In this document: piece by piece, positions 47,715-60,760 of the stretch
Position numbering within the stretch: the first letter of the stretch is position 1
How the letters are laid out: each line of letters starts with the position of its first letter
Assembly (NCBI GenBank): GCA_040285855.1
Contig: JAUFOQ010000013.1
Span: 186,001-250,000 of the forward strand
Length of the DNA stretch: 64,000 bases
Direction of reading: 5' to 3'
Origin: Eukaryota sp. GEM-RC1
Lineage: Eukaryota
Position numbers and translations under genes: made by a program
Notes under the pieces: model-generated
The model's database searches: none
Told to the model about the DNA's origin: nothing
Seen by the model: the letters and a program-made list of their open reading frames with translations, nothing else

Positions 47715-50018
47715 ATATCCTGAATTAAAAGATTTGTAGCAAACAAACAAATTCAAAAATTATTGAAATTCTGAGTAGCGAAAATTCCTTCCTCCACTGA
47801 ATAGAATTACAAAAACACACTGAAGCAAATATACAACGTATAAAAAACACACGTTCAAATCAAAAACCAACAGAATAAAAGAAACCTCAACTCCTATAAA
47901 ATTAACAGAAGAACACAGGTTGTGTTGAAATGATTGTGAGTTTAAGTCATTCTGGAACAAATACACGGTAGACCTGGACCAAGAGCACAAGTATCTGATT
48001 GAAGAATATTTTCCTTTACCATGACATTCTTTAACACTTCTAATGTTGAAGAACTTCTTACAATGGGTTTTCAAAACTGTTGCAATTGATTGAGAAGCTT
48101 AGAATATTGATGACGACAATTGTACATTGTAACTCTGTGTTCAGAATACACGCATAACTAAGCATATACAAAAGATTGATCACGTCAACAATTGACACGT
48201 GTCAAATTGGCACAGACAGAATGAGAGTAAAACCCGCCTAATTAAACTTGCTGTGGTATAACAGCTTGGTAAAAATAAAACTGAAATGATGCCAACACTG
48301 ATTATAGTAACAATTAAATTGGTTTCCAAAATAGACATAAAAGTTGAATCATTATGACTGTGAAACTTAGTCCAAATTTCCCTCAGATTGACCTTCATAA
48401 GTTCGTGATTCATTAAAAGTCTGGATCTAAGTTCAAAATGACTCAGATTAATCTAATGGTTAAGTTATATTCTTACAAATAGTTTTGATTGTGATTTGTA
48501 ACTTAACTTAGAAGTGACACCGTCAGAACTGCAGATGAAAGTGGTAGCAAGACGTGGAATTCAGAAGCACACTAGTTGAATTTCAAAATATTAAGAATTA
48601 GAAAGTTCAAATTGAAAATCTTAGTTAAAAAATAGTTACCGTAAAATAAGATCATACAAGTCCTGATTTTGTAACTGAAATCATCAATTTCTTGAATAAT
48701 CATAGTGAGTAATAAGCTTGAACAAATTGGTAAGATGATAAACTAATGACAATTTTAAAAGTTCACCAATTTACAGTTTAAATAAAACCATTGATGTTGG
48801 ACAAATCATAATTGTGTTTTGGAAAGATTCATCACCTGACTCGTCATAAAATGAAGGTTTACTTAAACCTTTTGGTTCACCAATCATTGAAGACCAGAAG
48901 CATTTCTTTCAGTTTTTTGCTGATATTCAACTGCGCAATGAGAATAAAGATCAGTACGTGGACCAGGAATGTAACCACACTACAAGACAAACGAAACTCG
49001 TTGAAAGAGTTCAAAGAATTAGAGCGGGAAAGTTCTTAGAATAATCACAATCAGCAGCTGTGACGTGGTAATTAACTAGAAGGAAAGTGAACGGATTGAA
49101 GTGACCAGGAAGAAGAAGGTTTAGATAAAGACACTTCTATACGCGGTGTATTGTTGGAGCGAGTCTAAGATGGTGTTTGTTGTCAGAATTTTTTTGGAAG
49201 GGGGGAGGAGAGAAGCTTTCTTCCCAAAGCAAAATCAAGATTGTCAATGATAGTGGTGCAAATATCAAGCAGAATGGAGGGGAGGTTCAGAAGGAAGAGA
49301 AAGATTAAATAGGGAGAAGATGGAGGTGTTCATTCCTTGTCAGAGTAGACGTAGTGACGACAACGGCAGAGAGAGTATATCATTTAGAAGCGTTTACATC
49401 ATCAAATCCACCTTTTGCATCGTGGCTTGGAGAAAGATATGATCGGAGGGAACTTTGATGTCCTGGGAATACGTGCGAAATGCTCCGACCAACTCACTCA
49501 GAGAAGAGTGTCATCTTAACTCCTCATGAAACTGGAAACGTCAAAGGAGACAATGCTTTTAACACGTTAATCACGGAGAATACACGGTACGTTATATGTA
49601 AGAGAAAGAGAAGAGGGCTAAATCAAGGGAACTGTGAGATGTTTGATGTTGAGAGAACACGCGTGGTCATCAACACATTTTGCTTGAATACGACATTCTT
49701 GTTTTTGTTGTGTCCTAAGTAGAACTATACAGAGCGGTCAACAACAAGGTAATGTCCTTGTTATGGAGATAGGTCAAAATTTAAGGAGATTCTTGTGGAC
49801 TTTGACAGACTCGTCCAGACTCTCCTAGTGACTCATCAATATGTTAACAAACAGATCGTCTTCTTGACTCATTCCTCAGGAAATCATTGACATATGCCAA
49901 CCCCTTCTACAAGATGATTAAGCCATACTAAAACGCCGTGACTTCTAACTCTTTCTTTCTTCTTTTCGCAAAAGTCTGTGTTCTTCAATATGTGAAGTTG
50001 ATCTACACTGGTTAGTAC
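47715..50018 (+). repeat. Repeat X copy 6 (beta)
   Basis: Near-identical to copy 2, with a distinct segment at ~48805-48855. Confidence 0.9.
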
Positions 50019-50101
50019 TAAAGATATTCTTTGTACTAGCAATTGTCTCAGAATTAGACAAGCGAACTTTGCCGTGCAGGATCTTGTCCAAGCTTCCCCT
50101 A

Positions 50102-50660
50102 ATGGCGATCTCTGCCCTCAACATTTCTTCCTAACAGATCGTTCTGGGAGAAAGGATTGGGGAAGGAGGTTTTGCTGTTGTATACGCTGCTATATGGTTC
50201 GATCTTCATATTGTCATCAATGTGATGTCTTTAACTAAGACAGCTCAAACTTCAACAAGAACTGCATCTCCTGGTCAACCTCCACCATTTCTCTACACTT
50301 CGTGTTTTTGGATTCTTCTTCTTCGAAGAAACCGTTAGTATTGTAATGGAAAGAGCTTATTCTTCCCTCCCCTCCACATCCTGTATCACGTCATCAACTC
50401 TGAGATAGGCCAAAGTATGATGCCCATTAGCAGTTTGATTCAGATACGAGCCCTTCATTATAAAAGACTCTGATTTTTTGGAGCAATAGTGAACATATCG
50501 ATTTCCTAGAAATAAGCCATCACACTACATCTTGGGATCTGATGTTCTTTAAAGATATGTATGACACTCCGCAGAAATAGCTTTCATTTGGGTAATCTTT
50601 TTGAGGAATGTTAAATGGAACTTCATCGCGCACCGCTCAAGTTAACAATTGGTAAACCTC
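50102..50660 (+). pseudogene. Protein kinase pseudogene, copy 3
   Basis: Duplicate of 18790-19350. Confidence 0.8.
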
Positions 50661-52059
50661 TAACGTACAATAAGTGATTCTATGACGTTCTAGGTTTTGT
50701 AACCATATCGTTGTCATTTGAAACGTACACGAGTCCAGTTTTCCAACCCAACATTGATTACCTTTTGGCTTATGCTTGTAGAGACTAATACATATGATTC
50801 TTTTTGGGTTCTAAAAGAATTTCAGAGTAATGCAACTGAGCATATGCACAATATTCATAGCTAAATGTCGAACATAAAATGCATGTTTGGCTTCATGATA
50901 CACAATGAATATTGCTTCTAAAAGAACAATTACTTTATTCGAAAATAAGATATACATATCAAAAGAAACACACTCTTTCAGCTGTTGAATAAACCACATT
51001 CAATTGGATGTATGTTTTTAGAAACAAAAATGGGACAGGACATGTGAAATAATTCTTCCATTGTACACTACTCCCGGTCTTCAGCTGTTCCAGAACCGTG
51101 ACCTTGTTCATCTTCTGAACAAACGTACTGCAAAACTGGATTATAACCAATAAAGACCATAGTTGCAATGATCATCGTGTACAAGCATTTTACTCTACAT
51201 AGTGCGCAACTGGAAATAGTGTGTACCAAAATGAGATCACTATATCCAGGGTAGACTGTACATTGACGAAAAATTTAATTTATCATTTCCCATACTTTTT
51301 ATCAATAATTCCAGCATATTTGAGATGGAGTATTGATTATGGAAATGGAATTAATTTATATCAAATTGTATCGTAGTAGTACAAGAGTAGATGTGGACCA
51401 TTTGAACTCTTTTCAGTACTAGTTGTTTGTATTTCGTTAATTAATACCATAAAAAGTTATTAATTCTATTTATATCAATTAACTGTTGTTTTAAATTAAT
51501 TTGATATTTCAAATACAGACAGCCGTCTATAGTTACAATCGATTGGGCTGTTGAAATTACAGGCCCGTTTCTATTTTTTATCTGTCATATCTAGTTTAAC
51601 ATTACAACAAACCTGTTTCATCTGATCTTGGAGGGTACTTTTGCAAGAGGTCTCTACTTTTCACTCATAATGCGTGCTTCTTGAGACGATATTGTTTTAG
51701 CTCGTTTTTTGTCTAAATTGGATTTCGTTAAATGTTTGTTAGATGGATTAAGAAGTTTATATTCTTTTGTATTGACATCGCAAGCTACGTCGGTTATGCC
51801 ACATTCGAATATTTAGAAATATTCAAAAGTGAATTTCTTCTTTATAGTTTGGAATTCATGAATTTCTTGAAAAGAATCGAAAAGAACGATTTAATTGAGT
51901 CTCTTAAACCATTGTCACATTCACTTTTAAGCGAATTTTTCGCAATAATTTATGACTTCAAAGGTTTCAACGCTGAACACAATCATTAGGAATTATTTCT
52001 CAAGGGGTCTAAAAATTCGAAACCAAACATTATTGTCCTTCTTCAATGTTTGTGTCTCT

Positions 52060-53837
52060 GGGAAGAGCATCTTCCTGTCTCTCTTACATTAGACAGTGTG
52101 TATGACAATAAACATGATCTTCTATTGTCTATACATCATGAATCTCTCCAAACATAGCTGGAGGTAAAAACTACTCACTCAGACACCACAAGGCTTTTGA
52201 TTCGCTGTACAGTGGCAGTTTGCACGTTTTCTTTGAACAGTCATAAAAGACAAGACGATAATTGGTACATTACTACACTAGTCGAACACTCTTGCTCTGC
52301 ACTGCAGTCTTGCAAACATAAAAACGCTACAGCGACCTTTATTTCTTCCCATCCTTTCTTCATGGATATGTGCTCCCACAACAGAAATATAACAGCCAAT
52401 GATATCGTAGCTGCTATGAAGACCTTATATGCTGTTGATACATCTACTGCTTGTGCGTATAGAGCACGTAATCGACTTCTTGCCTCCACTTATGGCTCAC
52501 CTGAAGATTCTTATATTGATCTTCCTGCTTATCTAGATGAACTAGAAGACAGAAATCCCGGATCTGAAATCAATCTGGAAGATGATGATGGTGTTTTCCA
52601 ACGTAGTTCTATTGAACTGAAGCCAAGATTTGAGGCCCTTCGACATTGCCGCAAAGTTATCTCAGTCGATGGGACTCATCTTTTCTCAAAATACAGAGGA
52701 ATTTTGCTAACTGCTACTACTCTAGATGCAGATGGCCATCTGTACCCTCTCTGTTATTCAGTTGTTTCTGTGGAGAATACTAGCAATTGGAAGTACTTTT
52801 TTACACATTTAAAAAAGTGTATGCAGTGTGTTGAAGTGCCACTCGATGAAGTTATATTCTTGTCAGACCGACAAAAGGGGTTGTTGTCCAGCATCAGTGA
52901 GATATTTGGCAACAACCAACCACATGGATATTGTGTCCGCCATTTGGTGGCTAATTGTTTGAGAAATTTCAGAAAAAGAGGTCTTATGAAACTAATTTGG
53001 CAGGCTGCTGGAAGTACAACGGTAGAAGACTTCCTGATTGTAACGCAAAAAATCAGAATTCTTAGTCGTCAAGCTCACGACATGCTAATGGATATCAAGG
53101 AACACTGGACTTTGTGTCATTTTCCATGTTGTCGGTATGGTCATTTAACCTCTAATATTTCCGAGAGTTTCAACTCTGTAATACGTGAAACTGAAGGAGC
53201 TCCATTAATCCCTCTACTGGAATCTATTCGGGAAAAAATGAGAGATTGGCAAGAGAAATACGCAAAGGCGTCACGTCAAGTGAATCCACAATGGAGTTAG
53301 TTCCATCTGTTATGACCACACTGGAGGGAGAATTGGGAAAGCTCGGATGATGACAGCTCATAACAATGGAAGATTTATTAAAGTAACTGATGAAAGACAA
53401 AGAATCTATATTGTCGATTTGGATCAGCAACAATGTGACTGCGGAAGATGGCAAACAGAAGCCACTCCCTGTACTCATGTGTGTATGGCTTTAATGTCGG
53501 TTAACTCAAAGCCCTTGGAGAACGTGGATGAATGTTTTGCGAGGAAGACTCAGAGTAAGATTTATGAGAATTGGGTAGTTCCTCCCTGAGATAGAAGTGT
53601 TTGGACAAGCTATGCTACTCCTTTAAGTCCTCCTGATGTAACACGTGGCGTCGGAGCACCAAAGAAGAAACAGAACCGTAGTGTGTATGAGTTTTAGTTT
53701 ATTATCTTAAATATGTCAGCAAAAGTCATAATAAAGAAGCTTAGAAGGAAGGTTTATTCTTCACTGGTATATTTGATATGGGTAAGGTAGTTTTGAAAAG
53801 AAAAATGTTGTCACTGGTATTTTTGTGAAAGGCCCTC
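52060..53837 (+). mobile_element. Mutator/MuDR transposon remnant, copy 3
   Basis: Duplicate of 20748-22525. Confidence 0.92.
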
Positions 53838-55361
53838 ATTGTTATAAAAGAGAAGGAGTAAAGTAGCACCCATCTGTAACAAATAACCCATAATTAAACA
53901 CAAAAAAAGAGCATAAATAAACAAACTCAAAAGTCACGACGATGTCATGACGTCGTTACCAAAACCCAAGTAGACGTGACATCAAGTCGCGTCACGTCAT
54001 GAAAAGTCATGACTCGTCGAGTCGTTTGCCAACTCTAATTCAAATGTTAATCTCAAATCACATATTTCAAATTACTCTAAATGTAATAATTTCACATTAG
54101 CTGTTCTATTATTTCGTTTTTCAAATAATTATAAAATTTATTATGTTCTTCTTCCCCTCCTCCTCTTAGATATAAGTAATTAAACATTTTATATTTTGTT
54201 TTCTTAAAGGGCTCGAGAAAGGCGCATTAAGCGCTTCATTAAAGGCATACGCTCAAGACGGGCGGCGTTTGTAAATCTCAAGAGATTGGAGAACGCCATG
54301 AGCGATTATATGAGTATTTAATTGTAGATTATTCTATAAATTATTACTTATTATAAATAAAACAAATTTTTTTTTGATTTTTTATAAAATCTATAAGGTA
54401 AAAAAACTATTTTTTATGTATTTATATTTAAAATGTCTAATCAATTACATAAAGATGCTAATGAATATGTAATGAAATCAGATAAAGAATGAAAATTAAA
54501 TGGAAAACGATAAAAAGGTGAAAAAAATGGTTAACTAGGTGAAAATTCTACCCTCAATAACTTAACATCTCGAAAACATACAACAGTTACTGTATCGATG
54601 TCTGATGAATCTTATGAGGTCCCTTAGCCTGACGAAGAAGATAAACAGACATTCCCAACTTTGGGGAGTGACACAGAAGATGTAATGAATATGCTGCACA
54701 ACATGGTTTTTTTTGTCACTTCAGCATACGCCCGTCGTCAAGGAGAATGAGGGACTGCTACAGCTAAGAACTTAACCCATATTCCCGCTCCAATTAAGGA
54801 CACCTCTTACTTGCTGATGCGTCGCTACTTATCTCCAGAACAGACCCTTGGACAATTATATATCAACAAGAAAATACTTACTACTTTTCGTAAACTCTCT
54901 GCAGAAAAGAACTTAGGCAAACTGCTCCTATTGACCTGAAGTCAAATTTCCAATGTAAAACGGAATTTTAACCATCCTTGGATCTAAGAGTGCTGTTCAC
55001 AATATAATCGAGAGGTGCAATAATGACATTTTGCCGAAGTACGATGACGAGAACAGTGTTACTGGTTTATTGATTACAAAGAAAGAATCTATGAGTATGT
55101 TTACAACGCATCCAAGCATTGTTAGTGATGTGCAGAGTTTAAAAGCGAATGTTCATGTATAGGTTGGCAAATAGTGTTCACTTTCACCTAGTTAGTTTTA
55201 TTTTCACCTGATTAGTAAAATGAAATTTGGTCAATCATTTTTCACCTAGATAGAAAAATTTTTCACCTATTTAACCCGTCCCAAATTAAATTTAAAGTTT
55301 TAACTTTAAACATAGTTATTTTTGATAGAAAAATGAATAGCTTTAAGAAATTGAATTTTTT

Positions 55362-56785
55362 ATAAATATATAAATCTCTTCCTTGCTCTATGTCTGTGGG
55401 ATTACGTTCAGATTGTAGAATTTGAAGAGCTGCGGGATTTGCTGGCCCACCGTCAAGTGATGCCCAATACAGTTGACGAGCAAGTGTGTCAGCTGTTGGC
55501 TCAGCTACTATTCCCTCTAATTCTGGTTCAGTATTCTCCTTAATCATGTTGGAAACTTGTGTTGTAACAAAGTTCAAGATTGAAGATATGTACTGACCAT
55601 CAGCAATTGAATCTTCTGTTGCAATACTTTCCAAATAAAAACTTCTACCATTGGAGGTGATGATTATGTTGTGAATAGCTTCCATCTTGGAAGAACAACC
55701 ATCAACTGCTATCTCGACACCATATGTACGAATAAGTGGAATCAATACACTCTTGACAAGAACGTCAACATTTGTTTTTAACTCTGGAATATTTTTGTCA
55801 ACCAAGCTGGTACGAGTCGGTCCAATAAAATCTTTCTCAACCTGTCTAGAACGTTGATATTGAGCAAACTTTGTAAGTGCGTTTTTGTACGATGACTTCT
55901 CCACGGTCGAAAATGGAAGGCCGTTAGCTACAACAAAAGAGCAAGCTCACGGCAAATTTCATCTTCAATTGCTGTGGCAGAAAAGAACTGATTAGTTGCT
56001 TCAGTATCTTGGGTAACTTGAGCAGTGATAGCTTGAATTTCTGCGACTTTGATGGAGTTACTCTTTTGCGCTAGGATCTTTATCATTTCGATATTTAATT
56101 AGAGGGGCCAGCTCTTTTGTGTTTGTCCAACCACTGCAGTTGAGGGAGGTATTTTTCAGGAAAGCGAGAAGTGTTTTCCTGAATAAAAGTGACGTTACAC
56201 CCTTGGCACCATAAATCAGCCTTAGAGGTACCACTGGGATTTCGGAGAAAGCACATATCCCATCGTGGATTGGATCCCCTTTCTGTAACTTTTCTGTAAA
56301 AGCCAGAAGGTATAGAGTTGATTGGTGGTATAGATTGGTGAAGAGAAGTCATGAAGGAGGGTCTGGTTCAAATTATATGTTGAACTTTTTATTGTTTCAT
56401 TTGTTCATCATCTATTCTGGATTTGACTCTGTGAAATGCAATCAGTTCAAACAAACGATCTCCCAAAGCAAAAAAAGTACGACTATCTCTATCTAATAGA
56501 CTCATTTTACATCAAATTTGTGCTGAAAAGCACTTGGAATGTGTGTTTGAAAAATACACTGAAATACAGTTTGTATTTTAAAACTCACTTTGTGAAAAAT
56601 ACATAAAATACATAAAATACAGAAATACATAAAATACAGAAATCTGTATTTTACAAGTATGTTTGATACTGTGTTCGATTTTCTTCAGAAGATTTTCTCT
56701 TGGCATTAAGCCTTGAAAATGCCACTTTGTTTACAGCAATTTTACTGCAGAGTTCGCTTTGGCGGTTATAAGGTTGCACGTCACT
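55362..56785 (-). mobile_element. hAT transposon 5' half, copy 3
   Basis: Duplicate; here the end reads TTGCACGTCACT, which resembles the reverse complement of TAGTGATGTGCA at ~55123. Confidence 0.8.
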
Positions 56786-56879
56786 TAATTCTCCTTGCTC
56801 GAAAAAACATTATTTATTTTTTAGAAAAATGAATGGATATGCTCAAAATGATTAAATTACTAATTGCATTTACACTCAC

Positions 56880-57227
56880 ATGTTTTCAGTTATTTTTTCT
56901 GTACCTGATGAAAATTCAGTAGCATTAATTAGAATCGCGGAAGGTCTTCTTGATTTTCCTTTGAAATGTCAATCTTTAACAAACATTATTGAATATCACA
57001 AAAATTTGTTTGATCGATTCCCACACCAATTCGATCAAGTTACTCCAGGATGTTATGTATCTCCTATCCAATGTTCTGATTTGCCTTCTAATTTTGAAAT
57101 AATCACTTTGGATGATATTCATCTTAACTCATTAACTCCATCTGTTAGGATTGCTGTTGAATCCATGATTCGTTCTGATAATCACTCCTCTCTCACATTT
57201 GACAGGCAAATTTGGAATGATGCTTAA
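56880..57227 (+). CDS. Hypothetical protein, 115 aa
   Basis: Clean ATG-to-TAA ORF between AT-rich spacers. Confidence 0.55.
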   Translation: MFSVIFSVPDENSVALIRIAEGLLDFPLKCQSLTNIIEYHKNLFDRFPHQFDQVTPGCYVSPIQCSDLPSNFEIITLDDIHLNSLTPSVRIAVESMIRSDNHSSLTFDRQIWNDA

Positions 57228-57359
57228 TGATATTTTATATGAAAAAAAATCATGTATCTATGGTTGATAAATATGAATTATAATGAAAAGAAGTTTTAGT
57301 AGAAAAATGATTAGTGTATAAAAAATGATTTTTTTTATAATACTACTCTTTTTTGTGAT

Positions 57360-58366
57360 AATACCACTTTTTCAGAAATTGCTTCCAATGTGCAAAACAA
57401 TATCTTCTCTTTTTCTGCTGGTTCCAGTCCTTTTGCAGCAACAACTCCTATTTTGGTTGCAAATACAATAAACCCTTTTCAACAACAAATGTTACCTTTG
57501 CCGGAAATTCATTTCTTTGAAGAAAGTGAACTTTCAAAATTAAATTATCCTTTCGAATTTGTTAAATTTGAAGAATGTTTTCACTTTTTGAATTATAAGG
57601 AATTTATTTCTGAAAATTTGGTTCCGATCAAAATAAAGGGTTATGGTGAATTAACCTACGAAAGTTTATTCATATCATGTGAGCTTAACGAGTTTACTAC
57701 CATTTTCAACTCAATCAATTGTAACAATATCATTTCCCAAAGGATCAACAAAAATATCAATGGGGAAATGTATAACATGACAAAATGCGCTATTGATCTA
57801 AAGGGTATTGAAATTTGTCAAAATTTCAATATTGGAGTTTTGACGAATGTCTCAATTATATCAATTCCCTTTTCCTTTACACTAATGTTATGGATTTTAT
57901 TATAATGTTCGATGCTTCCAGATTTAATGACTTAGCTTCTGAAATTGTTTCTAATTTCAGAGGAACATTGCACGGCTTGGATGCATTATCATCCAAATTT
58001 ATTTCAGAAGTAAATGTTTTTGATGGACTTCGATTTTAAAGGATTTATAACATGCTCTAATAACATAATCCAAACATTGGATGTTTCCGAAAATCAAGTG
58101 TTTTTTAAATTGTTTGAAGCGATAAAGATTTTTATTGCTAACACTTTGCTCCATCATTTTCAATGATGTCGACAGACCTTTGTCTCTTCTTCGTGTTAAC
58201 GAATTCACCTTGTTCTTCGCTTCTGACGAAGAAGCAAAGAAAACAAGAATTAAACCTACAAGGTTTACTCAAGAAAAAAGATTCAAATTCAACAATATCC
58301 CCAAACATTGGAGGTTTTCCTGGTGTTCCAGAACCAATGGATGAGGATGAATCAATGAAAGAATAA
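57360..58366 (+). pseudogene. Frameshifted AT-rich orphan gene(s); last part shares the QIQQ...PEP..DE.ESMKE tail with 16106-16372
   Basis: Overlapping ORFs 57390-57905, 57815-58039, 58135-58344 and 58163-58366; nucleotide homology of 58280-58420 to 16270-16426. Confidence 0.5.
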
Positions 58367-58420
58367 ATGTTTTGTGAGGATTGTTTAACAATCTAATAGA
58401 TTATAGTCCCTTTGACAACC

Positions 58421-60760
58421 ATATCCTGAATTAAAAGATTTGTAGCAAACAAACAAATTCAAAAATCATTGAAATTCTGAGTAGCGAAAATTCCTTCCTC
58501 CACTGAATAGAATTACATATTACAAAAACCACACGTTCAAATCCAACACTAACAGAACAAAAGAAACTTCAACTCCTATAAAATTAACAGAAGAGCACAA
58601 GTTGTGTTGAAATGGGTTGTGATTTTGGGTCATTTTGAAACAAATACACAGTAGACCTGGACCATAAAGCACAAGTATTTGGTAAAAAATATATTTTCCC
58701 TTGCCATTACATTTTTTAACATTTCTAATGTTGAAGAACTCCTTATATGAGTTTTCAAAACTGTTGCAATTAATTAACAAGAAAAGAATAGTGATGTGCT
58801 AATTGTGCATTGTAAGTCTGTGTTCAGAATACAAGCATAATTGAGCATCTACAAGAGATTGATCACGTCAACAATTGACACGTGTCAAATTGGCACAGAC
58901 AGAACGAGAGTAAAACACGACTAAATAAACTTCATGTGGTAAAATATCTTGATACAAACACAAAGAAATTGAAGCCAAGATTGATTGTAGTGACAGTTAA
59001 ATTGGTGTCAAAATAGACATAAAAGTTGAATCATGACTGTGAAACTTAGTCCAAATTTCCCTCAGATTGACCTTCATAAGTTCGTGATTCATTAAAAGTC
59101 TGGATCTAAGTTCAAAATGACTCAACTTAATCTAATGGTTAAGTTACATTCTTACAAATAGTTTTGGTTCTGATTTCTAACTTAACTTATAAGTAACACC
59201 GTCAGAACTGCAGATAAAACTGGTAGCAAGACGTGGAATTAAGAAGCACACTAGTTGAATTTCAAAATATTAAGAATTAGAAAGTTCAAATTGCAAATCT
59301 TAGTTAAATAGTTATCGGAAAATGAGATCATACAAGTCCTGATTTTTGCACAGAAATAATCGATTTCTGAAATAATTATAGTGAGTAATGATTTTGAACA
59401 AATTGGTAAGATGATAAACTAATGAGAATTTTTAAAGTTCACCAATTTACAGTTTTAATAAAACCATCGATATTGGACAAATTCAGTTATTGACTCGTCA
59501 AAAGGTGAAGGTTTACTTAAACCTTTTGGTTCACCAATCATTGAACGGCAGAAGCATTTCTTTCAGTTTTTTGCTGATATTCAACTGCGCAATGTGAATA
59601 AAGATCAGTATGTGGACCATGAATGTAACCACACTACAAGACAAACGAAACTCGTTGAAAGAGTTCAAAGAATTAGAGCGGGAAAGTTCTTAGAATAATC
59701 ACAATCAGCAACTGTGACATGGTCATTAACTAGATGGAAAGTGAATGGATTGAAGTGACCAGGAAGAAGAAGGTTTAGATAAAGACACTTCTATACGCGG
59801 TGTATTGTTGGAGCGAGTCTAAGATGGTGTTTGTTGTCAGAATTTTTTGAAAGGGGTAGGAGAGAAGATTTCTTCCCAAAGCAAAATCAAGATTGTCAAT
59901 GATAGTGGTGCAAATATCAAGCAGAATGGAGGGGAGGTTCAGAAGGAAGAGGAAGATTAAATAGGGAGAAGATGGAGGTGTTCATTCCTTGTCAGAGTAG
60001 ACGTAGTGACGACAACGGCAGAGAGAGTATATCATTTAGAAGCGTTTACATCATCAAATCCACCTTCTACAATAGTGGCTTGGAGAAAGATATGATCGAA
60101 GGGAACTTTGATGTTCTGGGAATATGTGCGAAATGCTCCGACCAACTCACGCAGGGAAGAGTGTCATCTCATCTCCTCATGAAACTGGAGACCACAAAGG
60201 AGACAATGCTTTCAACACGTTAATCACGGAGAATACACGGTACGTTATATGTAAGAGAAAGAGAAGAGGACTATATCAAGGGAACTGTGAGATGTTTGAT
60301 ATTGAGAGAACACGCATGGTCATCAATACATTTTGCTTGAATACGACATTCTTGTTTTTGTTGTGTCCTAAGTAGAACTATACAGAGCGGTCAACAACAA
60401 GGTAATGTCCTTGTTATGGAGATAGGTCAAAATTTTAGGAGATTCTTGTGGACTTTGACAGACTCGTCCAGACTCTCCTAGTGACTCACCAATACGTCAA
60501 CAAACATGTTTTTTTCTTGATTCTTCCCTCAAGGAATCATTGTTCATGTCAACCCCTTCTACAAGATGATTAAACCATAATGGAACTCCGTGGCTTCTAA
60601 CTCTTTCTTTCTTCTTTTCACAAAAGTCTGTGTTCTTGAATGTGTGAAGTTGATCTACACTGGTCAGTACCAAAAGCCTGTTTGACACTAACACTTCACT
60701 TCGCAATTTACGTTTTTGAACTAAACAACATCGAAAGTACATTCTTCAAGTACATTTATC
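58421..60760 (+). repeat. Repeat X copy 7 (outside the tandem array, mosaic)
   Basis: Beta-like start, alpha-like ~58700-59550, then diverged beta-like; extends to match the outer end of copy 1 (GATAAATGTAC). Confidence 0.9.

Larger units (their letters stand above)
43711..56782. repeat. Tandem segmental duplication, unit 3 (~13.1 kb)
   Basis: Same left junction as unit 2; homology ends at GCACGTC|ACTTAATT (56782). Confidence 0.95.

Noticed and set aside
12497..56782. Whole tandem array as a pure assembly artefact
   Set aside because: Units differ by structured changes (5.2-kb segment, 58-bp and 11-bp deletions, conversion patches, a specific junction). Homopolymer differences may still be errors, and read support is needed.
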